A stretch of DNA of 62,013 nt, the filler included, from Hausera hauseri (lineage: Eukaryota): NCBI GenBank assembly GCA_046269625.1. It is 12 parts of 12 records of this genome, joined end to end, with 100 filler letters (N's around TTAATTAATTAA, not from the genome) between each part and the next. Parts side by side here need not be neighbours in the genome. Positions count along the whole stretch, not along the records: positions 47,133 to 53,677 come from JBJURY010088653.1; positions 53,778 to 57,949 come from JBJURY010722103.1; positions 58,050 to 62,013 come from JBJURY010853633.1; 9 more parts are not named here. The stretch is one strand, 5' to 3'. Below the pieces are notes generated by a model that saw nothing but the letters and a program-made list of their open reading frames with translations, was not told the origin of the DNA and made no database searches. Below, piece after piece: positions 50,901 to 62,013 of this stretch (the stretch's first letter is position 1; every line of letters starts with the position of its first letter). The translations under genes were made by a program, and so were the position numbers.

Positions 50901-51918
50901 AAATATCATAACACTCGACCTTGTTATAATAAAGCCGAGTGACAATTTTATTATTCGCCAACAACTGCTCTTTGCGGTATAGTTGGCGATTTTTTCGTCG
51001 AGCTTTTCACCTACGTCGGTAATAAAATCCTCTGAATATGGCGTGGTTCAGTGTGACAAGTACCACTGTTTCCTGTCGCCTTGAAGATTTTCAAATTCTG
51101 TAAGTGCATAATATTGCATTTTGCAGTTGTGTTGGAATTTCTTCACTTTCGATTCCAACCGGTGGCGCACACTGGACGGTACATGTCTCAAGTGTGTTGC
51201 TATTGTCACTGACATATGTATCTTAATGCCCACGTACGATCTGTTCAGATCATGCCTGACAGTAATGTCAGATTCCTGTTGCTGCTCCTGTTGTTACTGC
51301 TGCTGCTGCTCGGCAATGTTTCTGATTAAATCGTCAAGGCTTGTTGAGGCCTGACGTTTCCTACTAATTATTGAAGGGATGCTGCTCTTAGTTGAGTCCA
51401 TAACTAGCTGTTTTTTCGACCGCTTAAACTGGATTAAGTGGTCCTTGTGCAGATTATAAAATTGTTCATAGTTGATTTCAGCAACTATTGAACAACCGGG
51501 ACAAACGTACGCCCATTTATTGTGCAGCGTTGTGGTGCCATAGTACTGCTCAATTGCACTATGACAACCACTAACGTTGTGCACTTTATTATTGCAGTAG
51601 TGTGGGTGTGTGGGGCAATGCACAACCATCATCTTCTTAGACCGAGTAAACGATCCGAGATTATGCTTGTGCGCCTCATAAAATTCGGCGTACGGGCCTT
51701 CGGATGAAACAACACACGTTGGGCACACGTGTCTGTGCCAATTGCGTAATATTTTGCAATCAGTTTATGGCACTGACCACCCTCATGTCTGCTTGAGATG
51801 CAGTACATAGGATCTTGAACACATTTCTAAATTGAAATAAATTAATGATAAATGCTATATATTAAATCATTTATAATTAAAATTAAAATACGCGTAAATT
51901 ACAACTTATCACGCCCAT
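47962..51918 (-). pseudogene. Polinton-type protein-primed DNA polymerase B (copy 1) with endonuclease VII-like domain and N-terminal Cys/His repeats
   Basis: YCFLYSILA, FERRNP.LSINVF, HYMALK, YADIEAIL (ExoI), DHDHFTGRFLGAACKSCNL, FHNFRGYDCH (ExoII), KGIFPY, YLKLDVYLL (ExoIII), YTDINNLY (motif A), YYKLK (motif B), AGDTDS (motif C) and the SWAYGH C-terminus. Confidence 0.92.
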
Positions 51919-54339
51919 TATGGTCTCAGACGTGGCTTCACTCGGCTATAAACATTTATCCCCACGCTCATTGTTATAGGTCAAAATGGAATAGTACATA
52001 GAAAGAGAGATTCAGAAATTGACAGATGAGATAATGACCGGACATGTATATGATATTCAGTTCTTATGTAAGCTTACAGAAACCAAGATGAGCAGGCGTA
52101 AACATATTGAATTGATAATCCGATCTCTCTTCATAAAACGTATTGAAGATGAATGGAAACGAAAATGGCAACGGATTAATTTCCTAATCGGACATACATT
52201 TATTGCATAATTATTCTTTTCAATGAAATAGTTGATTGACCGTATTTGGCCACATTTTTACGTTTACAATATACCACTTTGTGTATCTGCTTTTATGCAT
52301 CAATGTAATGTATTTCGCGTTGTACTGTGGTATAAATACTCGTGCTTCTTTTCCCACATCATTACTTACAGCATGTCTCACTTGACACAACTCATTGGCT
52401 TATACCACTCATTCAACGGCCTCAGGAACCACCTCGGGCATCGGTTTTGGATAATTCTCGATATTTGCCTCCTGAAGAGTTGCTCCTCCTTGGTGAGCAT
52501 AATCGGATGACACGAGATTCCTACTTATGCAATATGAAGCAGGTTGCTTGTGATATGGAATTTATATTGTCAGATTTTTCGCACATCGGAAAATAGCTGA
52601 TTGTTATGCGTTGGACAATAATCCTCATCAAGTACAATTTATTAGATTTTGTCAAATGTGGGTGGTCAGATGGATTACGTTCCGACGTAGCAGTCAGCAG
52701 ATGAAATTTGCTTGAAGCAACATTTAGATGAACTCAATTCAGATGGTGTTGCATATCTACCAACTGTGTTTCCTAAGGCGTTATTTGTGCAGTCGTAAAT
52801 GACTTGGTGATTTAACAAAGGCAAATAAATGCTTGCATTATACTTGAGTTGAGAGTTATACACAATGCGTACAAAAAATTGCTATAGTGACATAGTTGGG
52901 GAAATGGTGTTGTCCGAAAACAGATAAGGTAAAAAATGTTTGTGGTTGTCCGAAAACTAGGTTAGTAAAAATTTTCAAAACTTAAAATAGTACGATAGGT
53001 TCCTTGCAATAATTAATTTAGTCATTTTACACTTTACTGTACTCAATCCATCATAAAACAAATCATTTCTATGCAACAGCAGAACTAAATTGCAGCGGTT
53101 TATGTTGCAATTTTGTTCAACATAAACCGAGACCAGGCTCATTAATTAGTTTCAGTGTACAATCACGAGTCACTGCTCTCGAAGCTGACAAAACCCTGTT
53201 CTATATATCTAAAGCTTTGTGGTAGAGAGAGGCAGGCCGTGAATAAAAAATAGAACATCAATCCTGACGACAACAGTTATAAGTCAGTGTCAAATTAATT
53301 AAGAGAGCAAAATGGGCCAATTTTAACACTGTGGCTGTGGGTATACGTATGTATATCACAGTGCTGTGAGTAAGGAGCTTTTGATTGGTATGTATGGATG
53401 CAGAACAGAGGATTTATGCTCTGTTGTTTTCATATTTGGCAGGAGCCATGTGTGTCAGATCTGCAGTGCAATGGATGGTACAGGTAGAAAGATAAAGTTC
53501 CTCAGCTTTCATCTTCAGATGCAATTACTACACTGGGGCTGGATGGTGTTGATTAATGCAGCCCTGTGAAATATGGCTCTGCAAAATGGAAAGGCATATT
53601 TATGAGGTCCTTTAATCTCCCGTGACAACAGCCTTGTATGAGCCAACAGACTCATCTCCCATGGCCGCATCAGACCANNNNNNNNNNNNNNNNNNNNNNN
53701 NNNNNNNNNNNNNNNNNNNNNTTAATTAATTAANNNNNNNNNNNNNNNNNNNNNNNNNNNNNNNNNNNNNNNNNNNNAAAATTCCCAATTATGGACGACT
53801 ACAACTCAGTGATGTGTGGTGAAGAATGCTGCTTTCCCCAAAGACCATGAGAAACTTAACATTATCGGGCTGGATGTCAAATACAACCACAGATTTATTA
53901 CAAGCGGAATATATAATAGTTGTTGGTGGAGTATCCAACAAATTAGGAAATCAGCAAATTGTTTAAAACAACGTGCAAGACCAAAGTCAGAGGCCGGAGT
54001 TGTGAACATAAAACTAAAACAAGAAGATGTGTGGGCAGATGAATGTGATCGAAATGCGTGTTATTTGCTGCCAGTATTTCTAGAAATCTTGTTTCTACCA
54101 AAAGTCAAAACCAGTATGTTGACAGAAACAACGCAAGGAAAGCCAAAAAAATAAACCTATTCTGACTGACTGTGAAATCAAGGTTATGAGGTATCTAGAC
54201 ATTTCAACAATGAAGAGCAGTATATGTATTGATAATTTAAAACATTAACAGTGGAGCGGGTATATATTTAAATGATTGCCGCAGACACGTGTTGCAGCGG
54301 TGACTAAGATCATTCAGAATCTAATAATTAAAAATAAGG

Positions 54340-54920
54340 TACGCCTCTGTCAGCTTTTTGTGACGTCATGAAATTGATTTTGCACTTTGTCTCTTTTGCG
54401 TACATTGGTTTTTGCTGCCCATGCTGAACTGCCATATTCTAATTCTGACGTTAATCTGCCCATGGGCAATTTCTTTAAGATTTTATGGTCTGCTCTCCTA
54501 GTGGTATTCGTAAATTTCTTCACTATTTTAATCTGTCGCATTGTTCTGTTCTGGCATTTGTTGATGCTGTCTTTTTAAGACATTAGGCATTTTTGCGTTA
54601 TTCCTACCGTTGTTGGGTTGTTTTCTAATGACGTTTTATGTCCATTGTTTAGTGTTGTTTTATGTGTGTTTGGTGATAATGAGAAAACTGTGAGTCATTG
54701 TTACCTAAGAGATTTAGTTATTATCAATATGATGTGTAATCTTTGTTTGCGTTTTAAAATTGGTGATTGGATTCTTATGATGAACTTCAGAAGATGTGTT
54801 AGCGTTATAAATGTGTTAATATTGTTGTTGACTTTTATTTCTCAGTTCTTAACTTGTCCAAGTTTTGCATGTTATACTTCACGCTTGTTTTATTTTCTTG
54901 CTAATATATATTGATTTTTA
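54340..54920 (-). mobile_element. non-LTR retrotransposon RT C-terminal remnant (I/Ingi/Nimb-like)
   Basis: RADHKILKKL..G.LTSELEYGSSAW.AKTN...DKVQNQ. Confidence 0.65.
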
Positions 54921-55188
54921 TTACACATGAACTGTTTGAAGTTATATGATTATCATGATCCTGAATGAAACATGTGAATATTTTAAGCTCGTACAGTTTT
55001 AAAATTCCTTTATACTTCTCGTGATTTCCTTGATTGTTTTAATTGTTTACATTTTGTAGTTTGATTATAATCTTTTTCTCCATTCTTTATTAAAGCATCG
55101 AATTCTGATATGTCCAGATACAGGACTGGTTCCTGTGGTGGTGAAATATCACAATTGTGATGCCTGTTTTAAATGTAGAGAGGGGACA

Positions 55189-56371
55189 GAGGTGCTGTGT
55201 AAGCGGCGACCCATAGCTGACACTGATACACAGTGTCAGGGCTGACGAATCATATCAGCCAAGATCGTCTGCCCACGTCTTTATTAACGGTGGGTAAACC
55301 TGCCGGCTAGCGGACGGAGGTTCATGATGGCCCCCCGTTGAACGGTGGATCACATCTAAGAGGCCAAGCATTGCACTGAAGCCTGGATTACCTCGGTCCA
55401 TGTCTTACACACTACCGAGACGCATGAAAGCTCAACTACCCTCCTCCAAAGTACTTCTTAGGACTGCAACAGCCCTTCTCGGGGTTCATTCAGAAGAGCT
55501 GATGCTCTGTGAGGTGGTGATCGAACAACAACAACAGCAAATGCAGAGAAGTGATTTTTAGAAATTTGTAGAACAGGCAATGTGCAGGACAAAAACAGAC
55601 AAACACGAGAGTTTACACGGAAAACCAAAAACAATATATTACCAAAACAATATAATATTGAATTTAAAAAAAGAAAAAACAGACATCTGCTGTGACATTT
55701 TCCTATTTATTACTCATATCATTTTTCTTCGACTAAAATCAGTTTTACAAGAACAATCATTCAGTGCATGAAAATCAGACACAAAATAATAAGACGCCAT
55801 TCATGTATCTCAAAATTTATAAAGGGGAAGGAGTCCTGTACTTAAAACAAATTGTGACATTGTTTTGTATTCGAGTTATATTGTGTTTTGTTACAAAAAG
55901 CATGACTTTCCTTCATTTAAGAAAAAAGACAACGAATTTAATCGTCACAGATAACACTGATGACAACTGATATTTGCATTATTTTTTGTGTAACAAATTA
56001 ATTTTCTTTAATAAAAAATGGAGGTGTGGAAGTTATGAAATAGAGTGATTTTTATATTTACACAGATCTTAAAACGTGTGTGATAGACACTCACAGGGGA
56101 TGGCTGGGGAGTGGAAATACAAATGTCTAGTTTATCAACGGTGCTTAGCTAAGTAATAATATTACAATGTAAATCTTAGCAGACAATTTATTGCACAGAT
56201 TAGAGTCAGCTTTTTGGTTTAAGATGGAGGTGCTATGTGGTCGGTGACTAATAACTGGCCCTTTACACAGTGCCAGGGCTAGCGAATCATACTCAGCCAA
56301 GATCCTCTGCCCATGTCCAAGTCGTGTCTCCGGGCAACGGCAGGGAAACCTGCCCGTTATTGGACGGATGC
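55189..56371 (+). repeat. two diverged copies (55189-55322, 56227-56371) of a structured GC-rich motif
   Basis: GAGGTGCT.TGT...TACACAGTG(T/C)CAGGGCT..CGAATCATA..TCAGCCAAGATC.TCTGCCCA.GTC...ACGG..GG.AAACCTGCC...GGACGGA in both copies. Confidence 0.85.
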
Positions 56372-57109
56372 TTGGGTTGGTCCTGACTTATTAAAACTGC
56401 ACAGTACAACATAATGGCATCAAAGTCAACAAGAGCTGACGCTCAACGACCGTGTATAGAACACAAGACAAGAGATCAATGTACATGTTAGCAGATATTT
56501 TATTGCACAGGCTAAGTTAAGGCTTTTGGTACGAATCACAATTTTATCACATTGTATTAACTTAATACTTTTATTTTTGTGTTTAATATTTGTAAAACTT
56601 TAATTTATAGAGAGTTTATCATACACGCATAAAACAATTAACCCAAGAAACATAACATAGAATACACTATTTTAAAACAAATGAAATTGAAAAGCTTAAG
56701 AAAAAGTACTTCATGTCTTCACTGAAATCAATTATAAACAGAAAAAGACACTGTAAAAGTATCAACAGAAACATGTTTTTAAAATGTAGATATGCAAATT
56801 ATTCTTAAATAATTAAAAAGCAATAATACAAAAATAAACAAGCAGCATACACGCATACAACAGATGTTGCATATTTAGAAGTTGTCTATAATACCAGGTA
56901 TTTGGCGGTACATCGTTTCTTCTTTAACGATTTCTAGAAAATCTTTCACTGACTTTCTTCTTGTTGGTTCAACTTCCAAAAGTTGTAGCAGCCAGTTTCT
57001 GTTGGAATATTATTACAAATTAATTATTAACAATATGCAAACGATGTACATGAAACTAAGACATGCATGCGAACAATGTATAAAATCAAATCGGTTTCGA
57101 TCATCAGCA

Positions 57110-57340
57110 GGTGCCACGCCGCGAAGCGCAGGCCGTTATGGATCTCTATTTCTCGCGATTCCTGGTATCCCAAATCATCTCTGCTGTTGACCTATTTCCG
57201 AGCCATTCACACAAACCATCCAGACACTTCATTTTTTGCCGTCCAATACTTCTATTTCCTGGTATTTTGCCCGTGATCGGTTTTGGTAATAAAGTATATA
57301 ATATGCAGATATGTGTTGATTTTTTTTTGTGTCTGCACAC
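57110..57340 (-). mobile_element. RTE-clade LINE 3' end remnant
   Basis: ITGKIPGNRSIGRQKMKCLDGL..W...TRNREK*RSI, typical of the RTE C-terminus. Confidence 0.7.
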
Positions 57341-58056
57341 CTTGTCCTTTTTTAACAGACCATTGTTTCTTCTCTATCAGTTGTTTTCTTATTATCATAT
57401 TTGCGTGTAACTTACATAGCTAAGTAGTTATTTCTGGATAAGATTCTGTTATTTATCCATATATCCAAACATATGCACTGAAAGTGCGGATAACTTGTAA
57501 AACATTCTTAGTATCACACGAGGCACATTACGCGTTGTTATACATACATCGATAGAGTTATTACATGACAAAATATCATTCACACTTAAAAACGTATAAG
57601 GAAATGCGGAGTCAGTGTCCTCATTTTTAACTTGACTGTGTGAATTAGCTACATCTTGGAGAGCAAGTTCTGGAAGTTTCTAGGTGGCAGTCAAAGCACT
57701 CATAACTTCACGTCGCCCTAATGTGACGCGTTGCTTTACAGTAAGAACAGAAAAGGGTTATGACGTGTCAGTGTTGCTGGTTTGATGTGCCAGAGTGCCA
57801 GTTTAATATGGTGTGCTATTCTTCTTGTCTGATTCTTTTAACCTTTCGTACCTCCTACCATGTATTGTTTTATTTATTTAATACTATACATAGAGTGTTG
57901 ATAGAAGGGTCAATGTTTGAGCTAGGTCGAGGGAAATTTGACTGCTCTANNNNNNNNNNNNNNNNNNNNNNNNNNNNNNNNNNNNNNNNNNNNTTAATTA
58001 ATTAANNNNNNNNNNNNNNNNNNNNNNNNNNNNNNNNNNNNNNNNNNNNGAGCGTT

Positions 58057-61000
58057 TTATTCCAAACGCCAATGTCCATACGCCCAACTCTTATTCCGCC
58101 CCACCCACTTACGCTTATCATCATTGGATGATAAAGCGACTTTTGTATTGGTCACCGTATACAGCTGGCAGTCAATTGATAGGGTGATCGTTTGAGACAC
58201 AACAGCGTTTGTTTGTTCCCCGTTTCCTCCTTCATAGATACGGCGATAATCACCGTGGTTTATTTCCCTCTGGGCCAACTGAACTCCTTTGGCTCGCATT
58301 TTCGGTCCCCAATCAGTTAAAAGGCTATAACATTTTCGCCGTATAACATTTCCAGATACTGAAGCCGACCTTCACTTTCATCCTTGAAGCATCAGATTTT
58401 ATTTGTGATGGCGTTGCTGTACAATGGATGAATCTTTGGGTAATTTAACGCGTCCAATAATCCGTCTGCTATCATTTGCCACAGTAGTTGTTCGCGATCG
58501 ACATTTTCCAGTTCCAAGAAAAAACTGTCTGTGTCACCGGCATTTATAATGATCCTACTTCCGCTGCCAAAAATTTACCGGTATCGTGCTAAATCGCGAT
58601 ACTGCAGCTCATACATCAGCAACTTGCTTAGATCCAATACCACTTGTCCTATATAACTTGGCATGTCCTTTGCGACTTCTTCCCTGTTTAAAAGCAATGC
58701 GCATTGATCACCTGAAGTGCATCTTGTCCGTGTACGTGACCAACCGCTTTTCGCTATTTCTCAGGCGTACATTGAACCGCTTTTTCAGATTTACTACTGT
58801 TTTCCCATAGAGCGAATTGTTTTTCAATTTGTAATAGTCTTTTTCAACCTTCGTACAAGCTGCAGCTCGTTTTTTTGAATCTCGACTGATATACGGCTTG
58901 AATATCGAAGCCTGTGCGGATCGGATTGCGCGATGCAGCTGTGTGTAGCATACACCAAACTGCATGTAAAATTGGAACAGATGCCAATGAACTACGTAAT
59001 TTTGCTTAGGTTCATGCGTCACAAGCAGCTTCTTCACTTTCAAGCCCAGCGGACATTGGCTGATTGGTGCGATCGGCAGTTCATCCAAAAAGTCATGCAG
59101 CTCATCTGGTACCACGAGATCGACTTCCATCAGGTATCCGATTGAGCTGTTTTCTGCCATGTCTACTCTCGGAAGATATTCCAGTATTGTGTTTAGGTCC
59201 TGTTTGTCGACTATCCATTCGAATAAACCGTACGGCAGGGGCTGTGAAAGCGCCCAGCCGTAGAGGTTATAAATGTCGATATACAATAGTGATGTGGTAT
59301 CATAATTGGTTACGTGATGCTTGTTGACAAATGTCATACTGCCACGAATACCAACATAAAACATATGTACATTGTCGGGTCTTGGAATAGCTCGATATCT
59401 CGATCCAATGACATCAGAGTTGATGTCCAACTCATTCTGGGTATTGAGTAAAAGTTGCGTGGCTCCAGCCTATCTTCCACCAACGCTTTTGCTCAAAATG
59501 GCTGAAACACATCGGTTAACAGGTATACATCCAATTTCATATAGTGAAGCATGTACTTCAACAGGTTTCTGCAGCCGAGCTCTGCCAAAAACAACTGTGC
59601 TCTATGATATTCTTCTTCTGTGATATCGAGCCATTGAGGTGGTAAATCGGCTGTCGTCTGGAGCCGCTCGTACGATATCGAAAAGTCATACGAGAATATG
59701 CCTTGCTACGCGCAGTGTGTACAGGGAACTGCGTCAATGTTATCGGTACATCTGGTAAGGCATTTATCAGATTTGCCAACGATTCATTGATAAATTGCAA
59801 TGAATTAAGGAAGCGTACCTAGAACCGATTATTACGAGCAGACAGTGACAGGTACTTCTCCATCGTAGTCGGAATTACGTATAGTTCCCAGTGCGGAAAT
59901 CCGCTTACTGCCCATTTCAAAATATGGTGACAATCATAACCCCTCAAGTTATGAAATACCACCGGTAGGAATGGCCGCACACGCCTTGCTAAGTTGCATG
60001 ATTTACATGCGGCACAGGATATCGACCGGTAAATTAATCGTTATCCGGTACGAGCTGTTCCTATGCATCGAACGGTAATATTTTGTGGCGCAGGTAACAT
60101 TCATCGGTGGCTGCAAACATCAACGGTTCATATTCGTCTGTCAAAATCAACGGTTTATTACTATTATTTCTGTACCAGGGTGCGACTTCCGTTTCTACTG
60201 TTGTTTCCAACTGACAAAGGAAATCCAGGATACAGCTTCAGCCGTGGAAAACGTAATACTGCGGTTGACCAGTGGATTTTATTGGGACAACCAACATACC
60301 GACAGCGATTGGAACATGTTTTGGTCATATATGTTGTGCCGTGGTAAGATAGCTTCGATATCAGCATATACTACATATGCCGGACTATGTTTTAGACCTA
60401 TAAGTAAACCTGAATTCCTGTTTGACGGGCATGACAAACATTGTGGTTCCTGACAAATTTTGTCTGCAAAGTCACATGTTTCTCCCATGTTTCCGACCTG
60501 AATCCATGAACATATACAGGACACCACTTACACTACCCGCTTTTGGAGGAAATGGTCATGCTCCATGTTCAGTAGTGTCCAGATTTGTCACTGCAATGTA
60601 ATGGTACTTTTCTTTTTGTTCCAATAGCAACAAATTTACTGAGCGGCCATTTGGATTCCGACTACGATAGATTATATCCACATAAGGATTTTTGTAAATT
60701 CCTTCATCCGCCGGTATTTCTACGATTGTGTTTTACCGGAACACGTTGATTGCCAGTGTTGGATTACGCCGTTCAAAAGCCGAAATGGATTTGTTTCATC
60801 GGCATCCAGCTTTCATCGAAATCCAATTAGGAAAAATATTTCTGATACTGTTTTGGACGAGATGCACTATGTCTGTCCACTTCGTCATATTTCAATACCG
60901 CCAGAATACTGTAAAGAAAACAGTATTCATCGTTAGTATTTTTTACATTCACTACCGCCAGAGACTGCTTCAGAGCTGTAGGTGTCGGTATGAATGATCG

Positions 61001-61340
61001 CCAGGACAAAAACATTATGTCACTCGACTTTGTTATGATAAAGCCGAAAGTGACAATTTGTATAATTCGCCATCCACTAGCCTTTTCGGTATAATTGGTG
61101 ATTTTCTTCGCCTACCTCGGCAATAAAATCATTAATATATGGTACAGTTCGATGTGGCAGGTACCATTGTTTCCTGTCACCTTCAACGTTTTCAAATTTT
61201 GCAAGTGCATAATATTGCACTTTGAGTGTTGGTTCCACTTCTGATTCCAACCGGTTGCGCACATTTTGCGGAACATGTCTCAATTGTGTTGTTATTGTTG
61301 TTTTCGCCGACTTGTTCGCTTTTATATTAACATACAATAT
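58057..61340 (-). pseudogene. Polinton-type protein-primed DNA polymerase B (copy 2, 5' truncated)
   Basis: Colinear with copy 1: YCFLYSILA, YADIEAIL, LYIDIYNLYGWALSQPLP, YYKLKNNSLYGKT, AGDTDS and MRAKGV...DDKR...SWAYGHW. Confidence 0.92.
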
Positions 61341-62013
61341 GTTAACAGTTTTTTGGCTACAATTCATCACCAAACAGATATTTGCTTTTGTTATAGTTCT
61401 GTCTTAGTTAACATAGTGAGGAGAAGAAGAAACAGTCATATCCTTGGAAGAGATTCTGACATTAGAACTGAAATGCATGAAATCCTAGAAACAGGCCAAG
61501 AATGTGGATGCAGGGATTGGTAATAATGCTTTGCAGTTGAAGTATAACACTTGAAGTTAGCAGTGCATTGAATGATATGGTAGATATTCATTATGTAAAA
61601 TGCATCTGTGAGTAATGAATGCTGATCAGTTCCCAAGGTCAATAAAAACATGTTTGTTTAAAAATACTGTGTACTTTATTGACTGAAATTAGTCGACAGT
61701 TTGGTCATTGATGTGGTAATTAAATAAAATGATTTATAATCAGACTGACACATAATTTATGTGTATTAAAGTATAACAATATGAAAGTATAAAAATATAT
61801 GTTTCTTTTTTTTTAATGTCTCCTCCTTTCACACAATCGAGAATATTTATTTTCTAATACTGGACTGTAATTTGATGACTCACTAGCAGATTATTATCTG
61901 TGGTACTTTCATTCTGCTAAATTTATACGATTATCATTGAGGCATTCGCACATCGAACGTTCCATTTGTTCTCTTACATGCATCGCGGCCTTACTTAAGA
62001 CACTCATTTTCTA

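Noticed and set aside
55243-55270. CTGACGA as a hammerhead ribozyme core
   Set aside because: No GAAA follows the putative stem II, and the motif is not conserved in the second copy.

Overview
This is eukaryotic, not prokaryotic, DNA. Twelve unrelated pieces of about 4-6.5 kb are joined by 11 artificial 100-nt spacers (N44-TTAATTAATTAA-N44), so nothing can be inferred across spacers, and several pieces look chimeric internally. Most of it is AT-rich genome with very short (about 40-65 nt) GT-AG introns. It carries host-type genes (DDX6/Dhh1, ALKBH7, a three-domain ubiquitin-like gene, damaged NHE and HSP70 copies) and many decayed transposons (mariner, maT, hATm-like, Tc1/IS630-like, Gypsy, LINEs, foldback MITEs). 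A vertebrate (teleost-like) TNRC6A fragment suggests, by inference, a fish-associated organism with host DNA mixed in. The most notable content is virus-derived: (1) a full Polinton/Maverick (adintovirus-type) virion and integrase module; (2) two protein-primed PolB copies, one with an apparently spliced, tandemly repeated Cys/His N-terminal module, both with AGDTDS at motif C; (3) an intact geminivirus-like HUH-SF3 Rep preceded by intron-containing exons and with no capsid gene; (4) a gag-like zinc-knuckle ORF running into a chuvirus-type glycoprotein with no pol between them. All family assignments come from motif recognition, without database searches.
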